DNA of 64,000 bases, from positions 1-64,000 of the forward strand of contig LSRY02000057.1 in assembly GCA_001643675.2 (NCBI GenBank), read 5' to 3'. How positions within the stretch are numbered: the first letter of the stretch is position 1; each line of letters begins with the position of its first letter. The translations under genes and the position numbers were made by a program. This DNA is from Monocercomonoides exilis PA203. Lineage: Eukaryota > Protista > Preaxostyla. The notes beneath the pieces were generated by a model. It ran no database searches. It was not told where the DNA came from and saw only the letters and a list, made by a program, of their open reading frames with translations. Below, in pieces: positions 1 through 13,200 of the stretch.

Positions 1-1
1 T

Positions 2-13
2 TTACGTATTGCT
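2..13 (+). other. Oxford Nanopore ligation adapter remnant (TTACGTATTGCT)
   Basis: Bases 2-13 match the 3' end of the ONT adapter (...CAGTTACGTATTGCT) and sit directly before the telomere at the contig start. Confidence 0.8.
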
Positions 14-3000
14 CCTAACCCTAACCCCTAACCCTAACCCTAACCCTAACCCTAACCCCTAACCCTAACCCTAACCCCTAACTCCTAACCCTAACCCTAA
101 CCCTAACCCTAACCCTAACCCTAACCCCAACCCTAACCCTAACCCTAACCTAACCCAACCCTAACCCTAACCCTAACCCTAACCCTAACCCTGGCCAGCC
201 ACCCCAACCCTAACCCTAACCCTAACCTCAACTCCTAACTCCTAACCCTAACCCCTAACCCTAACCCTAACCCTAACCCTAACCTAACCCCAACCCTAAC
301 CCTAACCCTAACCCTAACCCTAACCCTAACCCTAACCCTAACCCCTAACCTAACCCTAACCCTAACCTAACCCTAACCCTAACCCTAACCCTAACCCTAA
401 CCCTAACCTAACCCTAACCTCCTAACCCTAACCCTAACCCTAACCTAACCCTAACCCCTAACCCTAACCCTAACCCTAACCCTAACCCTAACCCTAACCT
501 AACCTAACCTAACCCTAACCTAACCCTAACCTAACCCTAACCCCAACCCTAACCCTAACCCCCTAACCCTAACCCTAACCCTAACCCTAACCTAACCCTA
601 ACCCTAACCCTAACCTAACCCTAACCCTAACCCTAACCTAACCCTAACCCTAACCCTAACCCTAACCCTAACCCTAACCCTAACCCTAACCCTAACCCTA
701 ACCTAACCCTAACCCTAACCCTAACCCTAACCTAACCCTAACCCTAACCCCAACCCTAACCCTAACCCTAACCCTAACCCTAACCCTAACCCTAACCCTA
801 ACCCTAACCCTAACCCTAACCCTAACCCTAACCCTAACCCTAACCCTAACCCTAACCCTAACCCTAACCCTAACCCTAACCCTAACCCTAACCCTAACCC
901 TAACCCTAACCCTAACCCTAACCCCTAACCCTAACCCTAACCCTAACCCTAACCCTAACCTAACCCTAACCCTAACCTAACCCTAACCCTAACCCTAACC
1001 CTAACCCTAACCCTAACCCTAACCTAACCTAACCCTAACCCTAACCCTAACCCCTAACCCTAACCCTAACCCTAACCCTAACCCTAACCCTAACCCTAAC
1101 CCCTAACCCTAACCTAACCCTAACCCTAACCCTAACCCTAACCCTAACCCTAACCCTAACCCTAACCCTAACCCTAACCCTAACCCTAACCCTAACCCTA
1201 ACCCTAACCCTAACCCTAACCCTAACCCTAACCCTAACCCTAACCCTAACCCTAACCCTAACCCTAACCCTAACCCTAACCCTAACCCTAACCCTAACCC
1301 TAACCCTAACCCTAACCCTAACCCTAACCCTAACCCTAACCCTAACCCTAACCCTAACCCTAACCCTAACCCTAACCCTAACCCTAACCCTAACCCTAAC
1401 CCTAACCCTAACCCTAACCCTAACCCTAACCCTAACCCTAACCCTAACCCTAACCCTAACCCTAACCCTAACCCTAACCCTAACCCTAACCCTAACCCCT
1501 AACCCTAACCCTAACCCTAACCCTAACCCTAACCCTAACCTAGTTTAACCCTAACCCTAACCCTAACCCTAACCCTAACCCTAACCCTAACCCTAACCCT
1601 AACCCTAACCCTAACCCTAACCCTAACCCTAACCCTAACCCTAACCCTAACCCTAACCCTAACCCTAACCCTAACCCTAACCCTAACCCTAACCCTAACC
1701 CTAACCCTAACCCTAACCCTAACCCTAACCCTAACCCTAACCTAACCCTAACCCTAACCCTAACCCTAACCCTAACCCTAACCCTAACCCTAACCCTAAC
1801 CCTAACCTAACCTAACCCTAACCCTAACCCTAACCCTAACCCTAACCCTAACCTAACCCCTAACCCTAACCCTAACCCTAACCCTAACCCTAACCCTAAC
1901 CCTAACCCTAACCCTAACCTAACCTAACCCTAACCCTAACCCTAACCCTAACCCTAACCCTAACCCTAACCCTAACCTAACCCTAACCCTAACCCTAACC
2001 CTAACCCTAACCCTAACCCTAACCCTAACCTAACCCTAACCCTAACCCTAACCCTAACCCTAACCCTAACCCTAACCCTAACCCTAACCTAACCCTAACC
2101 TAACCCTAACCCTAACCCTAACCCTAACCCTAACCCTAACCCTAACCCTAACCCTAACCCTAACCCTAACCCTAACCTAACCTAACCCTAACCCTAACCT
2201 AACCCTAACCCTAACCCTAACCCTAACCCTAACCCTAACCTAACCCTAACCCTAACCCTAACCCTAACCCTAACCCTAACCCTAACCCTAACCCTAACCC
2301 TAACCCTAACCCTAACCCTAACCCTAACCCTAACCCTAACCCTAACCTAACCCTAACCCTAACCCTAACCCTAACCCTAACCCTAACCTAACCCTAACCC
2401 TAACCCTAACCCTAACCCCTAACCTAACCCTAACCCTAACCCTAACCCTAACCTAACCCTAACCCTAACCCTAACCCTAACCCTAACCCTAACCCTAACC
2501 CTAACCCTAACCCTAACCCTAACCCTAACCCTAACCCTAACCCTAACCCTAACCCTAACCCTAACCCTAACCCTAACCCTAACCCTAACCCTAACCCTAA
2601 CCCTAACCCTAACCCTAACCCTAACCCTAACCCTAACCCTAACCCTAACCCTAACCTAACCCTAACCCTAACCCTAACCCTAACCCTAACCCTAACCCTA
2701 ACCCTAACCCTAACCCTAACCCTAACCCTAACCTAACCCTAACCCTAACCCTAACCCTAACCCTAACCTAACCCTAACCCTAACCCTAACCCTAACCCTA
2801 ACCCTAACCCTAACCCTAACCCTAACCCTAACCCTAACCCTAACCCTAACCTAACCTAACCCTAACCCTAACCCTAACCCTAACCCTAACCCTAACCCTA
2901 ACCCTAACCTAACCTAACCCTAACCTAACCCTAACCCTAACCTACCCTAACCTAACCTAACCCTAACCTAACCTAACCTAACCCTAACCTAACCCTAACC

Positions 3001-3058
3001 CTAACCCTAACCTAACCTAACCTAACCCTAACCTAACCCTAACCTAACCCTAACCTAG
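14..3058 (+). repeat. Telomere, (CCCTAA)n / (TTAGGG)n, with CCTAA variants
   Basis: ~3 kb near-perfect CCCTAA array at the window start, C-rich strand 5'; ends in TAACCTAG at 3051-3058. Confidence 0.99.
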
Positions 3059-5720
3059 TTTTTCTCCAATATTGTATTATTACACATAATTCACAACTAA
3101 CACACTGGCAAAATATCTCCCTCCAAATCAGTCATTCCAGTGAGATATAAAATATTTATTGTTTTTCTTCACTCAGAAAAATGACAAGAAAAATTCATAT
3201 AAAATCAATGGTTATTCTAACAATATAACAGATATACACAGTGGGAGTGTCAGTGGGTATGGGGGGTGTGGGAGTGGTGTGGGGGTTGTCAGATGAAATG
3301 TCCAGGTGACAGGAACGAATTTATGAAAATTTGATTTTTGTGGGTTAGGCCAGACAGAAGGGTCCGTTTGGCAGGGGCAAGTCCCTGTGAAAAGGCAGGA
3401 ATTGAGGTTTTAGAAGGCGTCCGCTCCGCGTCCGCCTTCTACGAAGGCCACATACTGCTCATAGGGGCACCCCCATGAAACTCCGGGGTAAGGCAAATTT
3501 TTTGACAAAAAATATGAAGTTAAAATAACCTAAAATTTCATAAAAAATTAAGTTTTTTCCCTGAGTTTCTATAAGATGACCACAAAAACTACAACAACAA
3601 TCATCAGGTTCAGCACGGTCTAACCCGAACCTACAATCAGATTTGTCATTGTTCTCAATCTTTTTTAAAAAATTTATTTTTTCATTGTTTTTGACTGGAT
3701 TTTCACTGAATATCAAATATCTTCATATCTCATGACAGAAAAGTTGTGAAATAATATCACAAGTCGTGATATCTCAGTATTTTCTTGTCTGAAAAACGAG
3801 TTTTTGTCACAATTAACCCTAACCGAGTACATGATAGATTTTAAAAAATTTATTTTATTATTATTTTTGAATAAATAGAAATAAACATTCAATTATTTTA
3901 TAAGTCATGATGGAGAAATTGATTGATAATTTTGTGATAATCAATTATTAATATTTGTTGGGATAATTCAGGCATATTTCAACGCACTTTAACTGCAACC
4001 TAAATTTTTCTATTTTTTAAAAAATTATTTTTTTATATTTTCAGTCAAATGACTTGGTTGAATGACAACAATAATATTCAATTAATTAATTTTCAATTTT
4101 TTCTTTTTTTCTCCAATATTGTATTATTACACATAATTCACAACTAACACACTGGCAAAATATCTCCCTCCAAATCAGTCATTCCAGTGAGATATAAAAT
4201 ATTTATTGTTTTTCTTCACTCAGAAAAATGACAAGAAAAATTCATATAAAATCAATGGTTATTCTAACAATATAACAGATATACACAGTGGGAGTGTCAG
4301 TGGGTATGGGGGGTGTGGGAGTGGTGTGGGGGTTGTCAGATGAAATGTCCAGGTGACAGGAACGAATTTATGAAAATTTGATTTTTGTGGGTTAGGCCAG
4401 ACAGAAGGGTCCGTTTGGCAGGGGCAAGTCCCTGTGAAAAGGCAGGAATTGAGGTTTTAGAAGGCGTCCGCTCCGCGTCCGCCTTCTACGAAGGCCACAT
4501 ACTGCTCATAGGGGCACCCCCATGAAACTCCGGGGTAAGGCAAATTTTTTGACAAAAAATATGAAGTTAAAATAACCTAAAATTTCATAAAAAATTAAGT
4601 TTTTTCCCTGAGTTTCTATAAGATGACCACAAAAACTACAACAACAATCATCAGGTTCAGCACGGTCTAACCCGAACCTACAATCAGATTTGTCATTGTT
4701 CTCAATCTTTTTTAAAAAATTTATTTTTTCATTGTTTTTGACTGGATTTTCACTGAATATCAAATATCTTCATATCTCATGACAGAAAAGTTGTGAAATA
4801 ATATCACAAGTCGTGATATCTCAGTATTTTCTTGTCTGAAAAACGAGTTTTTGTCACAATTAACCCTAACCGAGTACATGATAGATTTTAAAAAATTTAT
4901 TTTATTATTATTTTTGAATAAATAGAAATAAACATTCAATTATTTTATAAGTCATGATGGAGAAATTGATTGATAATTTTGTGATAATCAATTATTAATA
5001 TTTGTTGGGATAATTCAGGCATATTTCAACGCACTTTAACTGCAACCTAAATTTTTCTATTTTTTAAAAAATTATTTTTTTATATTTTCAGTCAAATGAC
5101 TTGGTTGAATGACAACAATAATATTCAATTAATTAATTTTCAATTTTTTCTTTTTTTCTCCAATATTGTATTATTACACATAATTCACAACTAACACACT
5201 GGCAAAATATCTCCCTCCAAATCAGTCATTCCAGTGAGATATAAAATATTTATTGTTTTTCTTCACTCAGAAAAATGACAAGAAAAATTCATATAAAATC
5301 AATGGTTATTCTAACAATATAACAGATATACACAGTGGGAGTGTCAGTGGGTATGGGGGGTGTGGGAGTGGTGTGGGGGTTGTCAGATGAAATGTCCAGG
5401 TGACAGGAACGAATTTATGAAAATTTGATTTTTGTGGGTTAGGCCAGACAGAAGGGTCCGTTTGGCAGGGGCAAGTCCCTGTGAAAAGGCAGGAATTGAG
5501 GTTTTAGAAGGCGTCCGCTCCGCGTCCGCCTTCTACGAAGGCCACATACTGCTCATAGGGGCACCCCCATGAAACTCCGGGGTAAGGCAAATTTTTTGAC
5601 AAAAAATATGAAGTTAAAATAACCTAAAATTTCATAAAAAATTAAGTTTTTTCCCTGAGTTTCTATAAGATGACCACAAAAACTACAACAACAATCATCA
5701 GGTTCAGCACGGTCTAACCC
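3059..5720 (+). repeat. Subtelomeric tandem array, 1047-bp unit x ~2.54
   Basis: CTCCAATATTG recurs at 3064, 4111 and 5158; identical ORF-track entries 1047 bp apart; the third copy stops at GGTCTAACCC (5720). Confidence 0.97.
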
Positions 5721-5736
5721 TAACCTAGTAACCTAG

Positions 5737-6440
5737 AATTTAAGTCTGGAGTTTTTAATGAAGAAGAAGATGATTATGGTGAAAGTTTGTTCTCTTTATC
5801 AATTAACATATCCGAAATATCACAAAGAAGTGACTTAAAACTTCATTCTTCTCTTATCCTCCTTCTCTTTAATATATTATTGAACAAAGAGCATCGTTGA
5901 TATCCTTTTTTTTGTCATTTTTTGAATCACAGATCCATCATTCCTCTTCCTCTTCTTCTATGTTTTTATAAAATACTTCAAAATCATCGATTTCTTCCAA
6001 GTCTTCAAAATTATATTTGAATTCTTCTTTATCTTCTAAACTTTCTTCATTAATTGATTCGATTTTTTCATTTCTTGTTTCTTTGATTGATTCTTTATTA
6101 CTGCGAGGAAGAAGTGTTCTTTGAATTGAAGGTGAAAGGTTGGATCAACCAATGTTTGAGGATAATTTCTGTGGAGGCGAGAAGGGGATGGAGTGGACTG
6201 AAAAGAGGAATGTTGAGCTGAGATATTCGTCTGAGAAATCTTGAAGGGAGTGACTGGTGATTATTCGATCGGTGAGAGCAGCTCATTCATCATCCTCATC
6301 ATCCTTTCACATATCTCGTTTTTGCAAAGAAGCACATCATTTTCACAAGTCGGACACAAAGAAGTTGAAATTTGTGTTGGCATTTGCAGCATACAGTCTA
6401 AACCGGACATTATCACATCGAATAATTTCACATTCGCTTA
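5737..6440 (-). pseudogene. Possible truncated N-terminal fragment of a fourth tyrosine-recombinase-family gene
   Basis: Minus-strand acidic reading (ESINEESLEDKEEF...) followed by LCDISDMLIDKENKLS, resembling WRIEDMFEIDKKQNLS in the N-terminus of the YR copy at 7.9 kb; cut off at the telomere-like junction. Confidence 0.3.
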
Positions 6441-7499
6441 TAGTCACAATTTTCTATGCACAGACATTTTTTCCTTTTTTTCATTTCCTTTCCATCGCAT
6501 ATAATCACGGGGAAAACAAATATATAATCAAATTTTGTTTATAAAGGGTTCTTTTTTCATGGAAAAATCGATTTTTTGATCAATAATTTAAATTTTTCAC
6601 TTTTTCAAAAATGTGCTCAAATACGTCTAAATTATGTGTATTTATGATCAAAAATGTTCAAGCAAGTGAAAAAAGTGTATTTGTGCAGAATTTCAAAAAA
6701 TAAAAAAATCGACCCAAAATGAATTATTTTATTTATTTGTTTTTATTTTTTTCTGTATAAAGCAGCATCGTATTTAATCACAATAAGATATAGTCACAAA
6801 AAGTTGTACTAAAACCGATGTGATTATATCCGATTAAGACTGCAATTAGTCATATCTTTAATGATATTACAATCAATCGTTTTTTTTTAATTATTTAATT
6901 CTTTCAAACTTCACAAAACAGGAAAAAATATTGTTGTGGTTTCGGAGTTTATTTTAAAGTATTACTCAAATTCCAAAGAGTATTTTCGATGAAGATATTT
7001 AGTTTTATTATTATTGATCGAATGAAAAGTTTCAATAAATGACAGCACGCATCAATTTTTGTTTGCATTTTGTTATGTTATGCTAATTTTTTCATTTTCT
7101 TAAATACCATTTTGATAAAATAACAACTCTGTTAGTTTCTGATAAATTTGAGGTTCTGTATTTTTGTGACTCTTTTCCGTTAAAGATATTTTCTTATTAA
7201 ATTTTGAATTTTAAATACAAATTACAACCTTTGGGAATAATAGAAATCTTATATTTCACCAATTATTTTTCTGAAACTACTTTTATTTTCTGATGAAAGT
7301 CCTTGATTAATCTTGTGATAATTAAATAATAAATGCACTTTAAATAAACCTCCAAAACTCTTCAAATTCTTTTGGAAAAAATAGACGAATTTTTTCACGT
7401 GGAGGAAAGTGCTCTTGATAGGCAAATCGTGAAGGAGCATTTTCGTCAAAGAAAAGACAATCAGAAAGAGTGAATTTTCAATAAAATGAACAACAAAAT

Positions 7500-9130
7500 A
7501 AATTTTTAACTAACATCGAAAACTGAGAAAAATCGGAAAAAATGCAGCACGACTGAAACTGAAGAGCAGGAGCGGAGGAAAAAACAAATGGAGGATCACT
7601 TTATTTGTCTGAAAAATTAAGAAGCTGAATATATCTAAAAGAAAAAGAAAGAAAAATAACGTCATCAAAAAGTTCTTCTGGGAGAAAGCAATGTTCTTTA
7701 ATATGAAGATGATTTATTTTTTGATTCAAACGAAAATGAATTTATTGTGCAACGAATCATTGGAAAGAATTATTTCTTTTCAACAAATATTAATATGATA
7801 GACTCAAAAAGAAGTGGAATCGAAGGCTTTCGAATGAGAAACATAATCAAGAAGAATGGAAAACAAATTGAAGATTATAACAAAGGAAATGTTGAAGAAA
7901 ATGATGTGGAAGATAACGATGAAGATGAAGAAGAAAAATGTCCAGGTTTATGGAGAATTGAAGATATGTTCGAAATAGACAAAAAACAAAATCTATCATA
8001 TCACAAATCAAACGATAGGCCAACACTGTTAGGTCATGCATTGCAGAATTGTGACTAAAAGTTAATGAAAAAAAAATTTTAACCAGTCAGGAGTGAACAC
8101 TCCATCATCATTAAAAAAGAACACATGGATTATGCTTTAATGCAAGTTTCACTCAGAATATCTCGATCAAAAGCATTTTCCAACGGAAAACGTGTGTGTT
8201 TGTGGTTTTCTCAAATTTTTCTGTTATGAATGCAGATATTGCGTGTGGTTAACTCAATGCATTGAAAGAACTTCATTGAAAAGAATTCAATGTAAAATGT
8301 TCAATATGCCAATTGACAGCACTTTGGATTATGTTATGTATAAAACAATCATGGAATTGAGAAGAGACAAATCTCTTAAACATAGAGGAGAAGGGAAACA
8401 ATCTCTTGTGACGTTTGATGTGAAGTATTTGATTGAAAGCATTCCAGATTGCTTTGAGGGGAAGACAGAGAAGGAATCATTATTCTTATTTGCTCTTCAT
8501 GTTGGAGCAAGAGCAATAACTTGTGGAAATGTGAGGTTGTGTGATATTAGAAAAGTTGTGAAAGAGGATGATGGAAGTGTGTTTGTAAATGTGAGATTGA
8601 TGAGGTGCAAAGGATCATCAAATTGGAATCATCCTGTGACATTAGAAAAATTATCTGAGGATGACAAATCTCTTGATGCTGTTTATTGGTTGAGAAAGTT
8701 TATTTTGAACAAATATGGTTTGGATTTGCATTATAAAATGAAGTGTCCTTTGAAGGAAAATGGAGATAAACTGTTATACTTTTCCGAAATTGAAAGGATG
8801 AAAACAAGATAAATAAAAATTGGAGTTTGCATATTTCCCTCCAGAAGAGTTTGGGTTTCATTCTTTTCGGAGTGGTTTTCCGTGCTCCGCAATTTAGAAG
8901 GAAGGAGTGAACAGAGAGGACAGAGAGGCTGTGTTGGAAATATGTTTTTTTATTACAGGTGGATTCCTTTCTCTCAATCTGAAATGACAAATAAAAAACG
9001 AGTTGTAACACGTACGATAATTGCAGCACGAAATATCATTTCAAAAAAGAAGGAGAAAAAGTCAGTTGTCGATAAGAGAATGTTTACAATTAAAAATTTT
9101 CACGTAATCAAATTTTGGACACATTAGCGG
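7500..9130 (+). pseudogene. Tyrosine recombinase (integrase-family) gene, copy 1, frameshifted
   Basis: LFLFALHVGARAITC (catalytic R), RCKG (K), F-H-S-F-R-SG-like at ~8856-8880, GGWIP-like at ~8957; split over several ORFs by stops and frameshifts. Confidence 0.85.
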
Positions 9131-11194
9131 AATGATGATATGAAACTTGTCAAATTTTATCATCAAATTAAAAACAAAATGAATAAAATCTCACTTCTTC
9201 TTTTCACATATATTTGAGTGAATTATTGCATGTGTGCTTATCAGCAAAAGTTTCAAGCGAATCGAAAAACATTGAAAAATACAAGTAATTGAAAAACTTT
9301 CATTCAAAAAATCAAGCCTTGAGATCTTCTCGGAAAAATAACACATCATATAAGAACAAAAAAATTAAAATTTTGCGATTATCCTTTTAACCCTTTTACA
9401 CTCCAAAAAAAAAACTTTTTTAAAAACTCCCTCAATGCACTTTCACTTCAAAATTGTTAACAAAACAATGTTACTCTTCCAATTCTTCAATGGCAAAGCT
9501 TCACCAAGCCGTGAGCTATTTTCCGAAAAAAAAGCTGCTCCTCCATAAAATGCTCTGAAAACATGTTTAAATTTGAAAGTATTAAAAGCCATAACTTGTT
9601 CAATTTTCACAAACCTTCAAATCACATGCACACCTACATTATCTGCATCCAATGTTTATTCTCTTTTGGTCGAACTGAGTGAGTTGACACAATTGTCAAG
9701 CTCAAAAAACCACCCAAATAATGGAAGATCAATAATTATTTTTTTAAAAAAAACGTATTTTTGTTTAAAAATTTATTGAAAAATTCATTTCATTATGGCA
9801 ATGAATATATTATTTCTATTTTGAATATGTTATCAAATAGTAAAAAAAATAATTATTCACGATTTTTTGTTCTTCATGTTCACTTTTTCTTTAAGCTAAA
9901 CACAGTTGAGCAATATCTATTTTTGTTTCAGAAATAATGTTAACGAGAATATTACATATTTCAAAAGATTTAAATGTGTCAACTTAATCAAAACATTTCA
10001 GATAATTGATGAATAATTATTCGAAAATTTGTCATATTCAAATTTGCAAATTGCGCTTTGCACGAAGACATATTTTTTATTAACATTACATAAATAATAA
10101 TAAAACATGCTCACAATAATATCTGGTTTTGAATAATTAACCATCGACATTCATTTATGGAAAATTTGAAAGATCAAAATTTTGACTGAAAAATGAATGG
10201 AATTCATGTTATTCATCAAATAATTAATGAAATAAAAAAACAACTTCAAAATCATTTATTTTTTCTTGAATAATAACTTATATAATTAATGATTATTTGA
10301 TAATGGCTTTCATTATTCATTGTTTCAACTTTCTCAGAAATATAAAGAAAGAATTTTTCCTGTTGATATTTTTTAGAAACAAATTTTATTAAAATTCACA
10401 ATAGTGATAAATTTCACAAATCATTTCATCACAAGTGATTAATTATGTGAAACATACCAAATATGGACGACAATTTGCATTTCGTTATTTCACAAAATAT
10501 CATTAAATTTTTTCAGTCATTCACTTTATCATGGTTCATGTGATATTTCAGAATTTTTGATTGAAATACAATTCAGTTTCATAATTACAATGAAATGTGT
10601 TTGAATAACAATCAAATGAATTCATTGATGTGGGAAATAATGATTTCTATTTCGTTCGGATCATTTGTGATTTGAAAAATGTTGTTTTATAATGAAAATT
10701 ATCAATAAATGGAAAATTTTGTTTTGAGTGGGAAGTGAATTATAAAAATAATATTATAAATAGTTAATATAAGGATCACTGATGATATTGATTACAATGA
10801 ATTTTTTGTTTTGTTTTGGATTTTAAAATAAATGATAGTGTATTTTCAGATATCAGAAAACCTAATATTTTATGGGTCATATAAAAAAATGCATTTTGTG
10901 ACGCGAATAAAAAAAAGTGATCAAATCGATAAACAAATGTTTAAATACATCCTATATTAAATTGATTCATTAACGATTTTTTCAGAATTGCACAATTAGA
11001 AGATAAGAAAAAATTCAATCAAATAAAAAGACAAAAAAGTCAAAATTTTGAAAAAATCAAAAAATAATTAACAGTTAATTTTTCAAAAAATGAATGAAAA
11101 ACAAAATACATTTAAAGATTATAAGTTCACAAAAATAAAATACACGGTTTGATGCAGTGAATAATGATTGTCATTCGCTCACAAAAAAATTTCT

Positions 11195-13200
11195 TCAATG
11201 TTTCTTGTTATCTTTTTCTCCTGCCAATTTCTGAATGAATTCTAAATCGAGTGGTTGAGAGACATGATAATCTTTCATTATGTCACGAGCAGTTTGCAAA
11301 TTGGACCTGATTTTTAAGCTTTTTGAGGGATCTCCTGCTTCATTTGCTTTTTTTTGCATTTTGACTATATTTCTGAGCCTGTCTCGACAAGAATTTTTAG
11401 ATCGTAAAGGTAAATGCTGTTTCAAATAATCGTCTCCTTTTTTATTTAAGAAAGCATCTAACAAAATTTCATCTTCTTGTCGAGACCATTTTATTCTTGC
11501 TGGACAGTTCATAAGATCATTTCTTTCTCTTTTTTCTCTTATCTTCTTTTTTGGTTGAATGTTTGACGTATCAAAAATAATAGTCCCATCCAGATATTCA
11601 TTAATTGTTGAGAGAAATTCCTGAGCTATCTGAACAACTCCTCCATCATTTGCATCAAATTTTTGTAAAATTATTCTTCTTGATGCTTTTATGTCAGTCT
11701 CATTCTTCTCTTTTTTGATTCCCAGTTTTTCCAAATAGTTTCTTGAAGCCATTTTATTGAATCTGATAACCATTGCTCCAGTGTATTTTTGTCTTCTGCA
11801 AGAGAATTTGATAACTTGCAGAACAAAGAAATTGAAACTGTCCATAATATCTGCGAACTTCCATTCACTTTGTTTTAATGAGATATTGTGAAATACGTTG
11901 GATTTGCCAAATCTTCACTGAATTGTTCAGAAGATTCAATTAATGCATCAGGATAACCAGTTCGTGTGGCCACAACAGTTCCTCGTTGTGCATATTTGAC
12001 ATATTCCTTTTCACTTCTTGAATTCTTTTTCCAGTTTCCAATAAAAGATGCTGTTTCCAATGCACTTTCTTTAAGAACAGGTTTATTTCAAGTCTTTAAA
12101 AGCAAAGAACAAATAAAGCCGGATCTGAATGAATGAAAAGCAAATAAATCTTCTGGATATCCAGCTTGTCTTGCACGTTTCTGTATTCTAACTCTCATCG
12201 CTCCTTTTCTTAACCCCCAAACACGTTCGTTTCTCAACTCTCCAAGATTCCAATTATCAAATTGTGTTAGTGATATTCCAAACTCTTGAACCAAAAACTC
12301 TTCAAACCACCAAACAAAGTTCAAATTATGTTTAAAGCACAAATCACCTTCTAATGAAACACAATGATCATCACCTCTTGATCCTTTTCCAAATGCAAGA
12401 TTAAATGTCACTTTAACGAATGAAGATCCCTCTTTTGCAAAAACTCTCACTATATCCTTCAACTTGACAAATGAACAAGTGTGAGCTCTGGCTCCGGTTG
12501 ATAGAGCAAAAATAAAAAGAGAAGCTTCTCTGGGTTTTTCAACAACCCAATTGGGCATTGAACTCAGAATGATTTCCAAATCCCCAGAAATCAAAGCCTC
12601 TTTGTTGTGAGATATATTTAGAACACCTCCATATTTATTTGATTCGTTGTTTTCCTTTTCAAACATATCGTCCAAAGCATTGTAAATTTCCATTTTTGCT
12701 CTTTTAACATTATGCCTCACATTGTCATCCACAATTTCATTTGTTTTGTATTTCGAAATTTGATATAAACCAGGAATGACAGATCCATTAATTGTTTCCA
12801 TGGAATAACTAAATGCAATTCCAAGAAACTTGAGAAAACCATAAACGGGTTTCACCTCCAATGGCCAAGCATTGTAACGCATTGAGTTGCAAAATTGAGA
12901 AAACATTTTGAAAACCCAAATATGAGATCGTTCTGACTCCTTTTTGTATTGTGCACCCATGTTAACATAAGGAAGAATTGCTTCTCTGTTGAAAATTCTC
13001 AAAGCAGTTGACAAAGTGGATTGTACATCATTTCAATGACGTGGGGTGTTGAGCACATGAACAATGATGGAATTCGCAGTTTGTAATAAAGGTCAATATT
13101 CAGTTATTTTTTCTTTTCCATATGACTTATTTCGATTCACTTTCACTCCAACACTTCATCCACAGTAGCAATATCATTTATTGTTTTTGGTTTCTCTTTT
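11195..13200 (-). pseudogene. Tyrosine recombinase with C-terminal Myb/SANT domain, copy 2 (best preserved)
   Basis: FALSTGARAHTC, FGKG, FAFHSFRSGF, FIGNW, YVKY give R-K-HxxR-W-Y. In-frame TGA at 12088-12090 and a 1-nt frameshift near 11891 join ORFs 12088-13014, 11875-12060 and 11195-11845. Myb motif KWSRQEDEILL...LPLRSKNSCRDRLRNI at ~11360-11500. Confidence 0.9.

Noticed and set aside
185-245. CCTGGCCAGCCACCCC and other irregularities in the distal telomere
   Set aside because: Close to the adapter-bearing contig end; most likely basecalling error.
3285-3610. Hammerhead-like words (CAGATGA...GAAT on plus; CTGATGA...GAAAC on minus)
   Set aside because: Core mismatches or no convincing stem II by eye; cannot be called a ribozyme without a covariance search.
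3459-4763. Repeated 85-aa minus-strand ORF in the subtelomeric unit
   Set aside because: Non-ATG start, low-complexity composition and no domain; it recurs only because the unit is repeated.
7730-7850. Chromodomain-like start (EFIVQRIIGK) upstream of YR copy 1
   Set aside because: The following Y-x-VKW and TWEP motifs are not recoverable.
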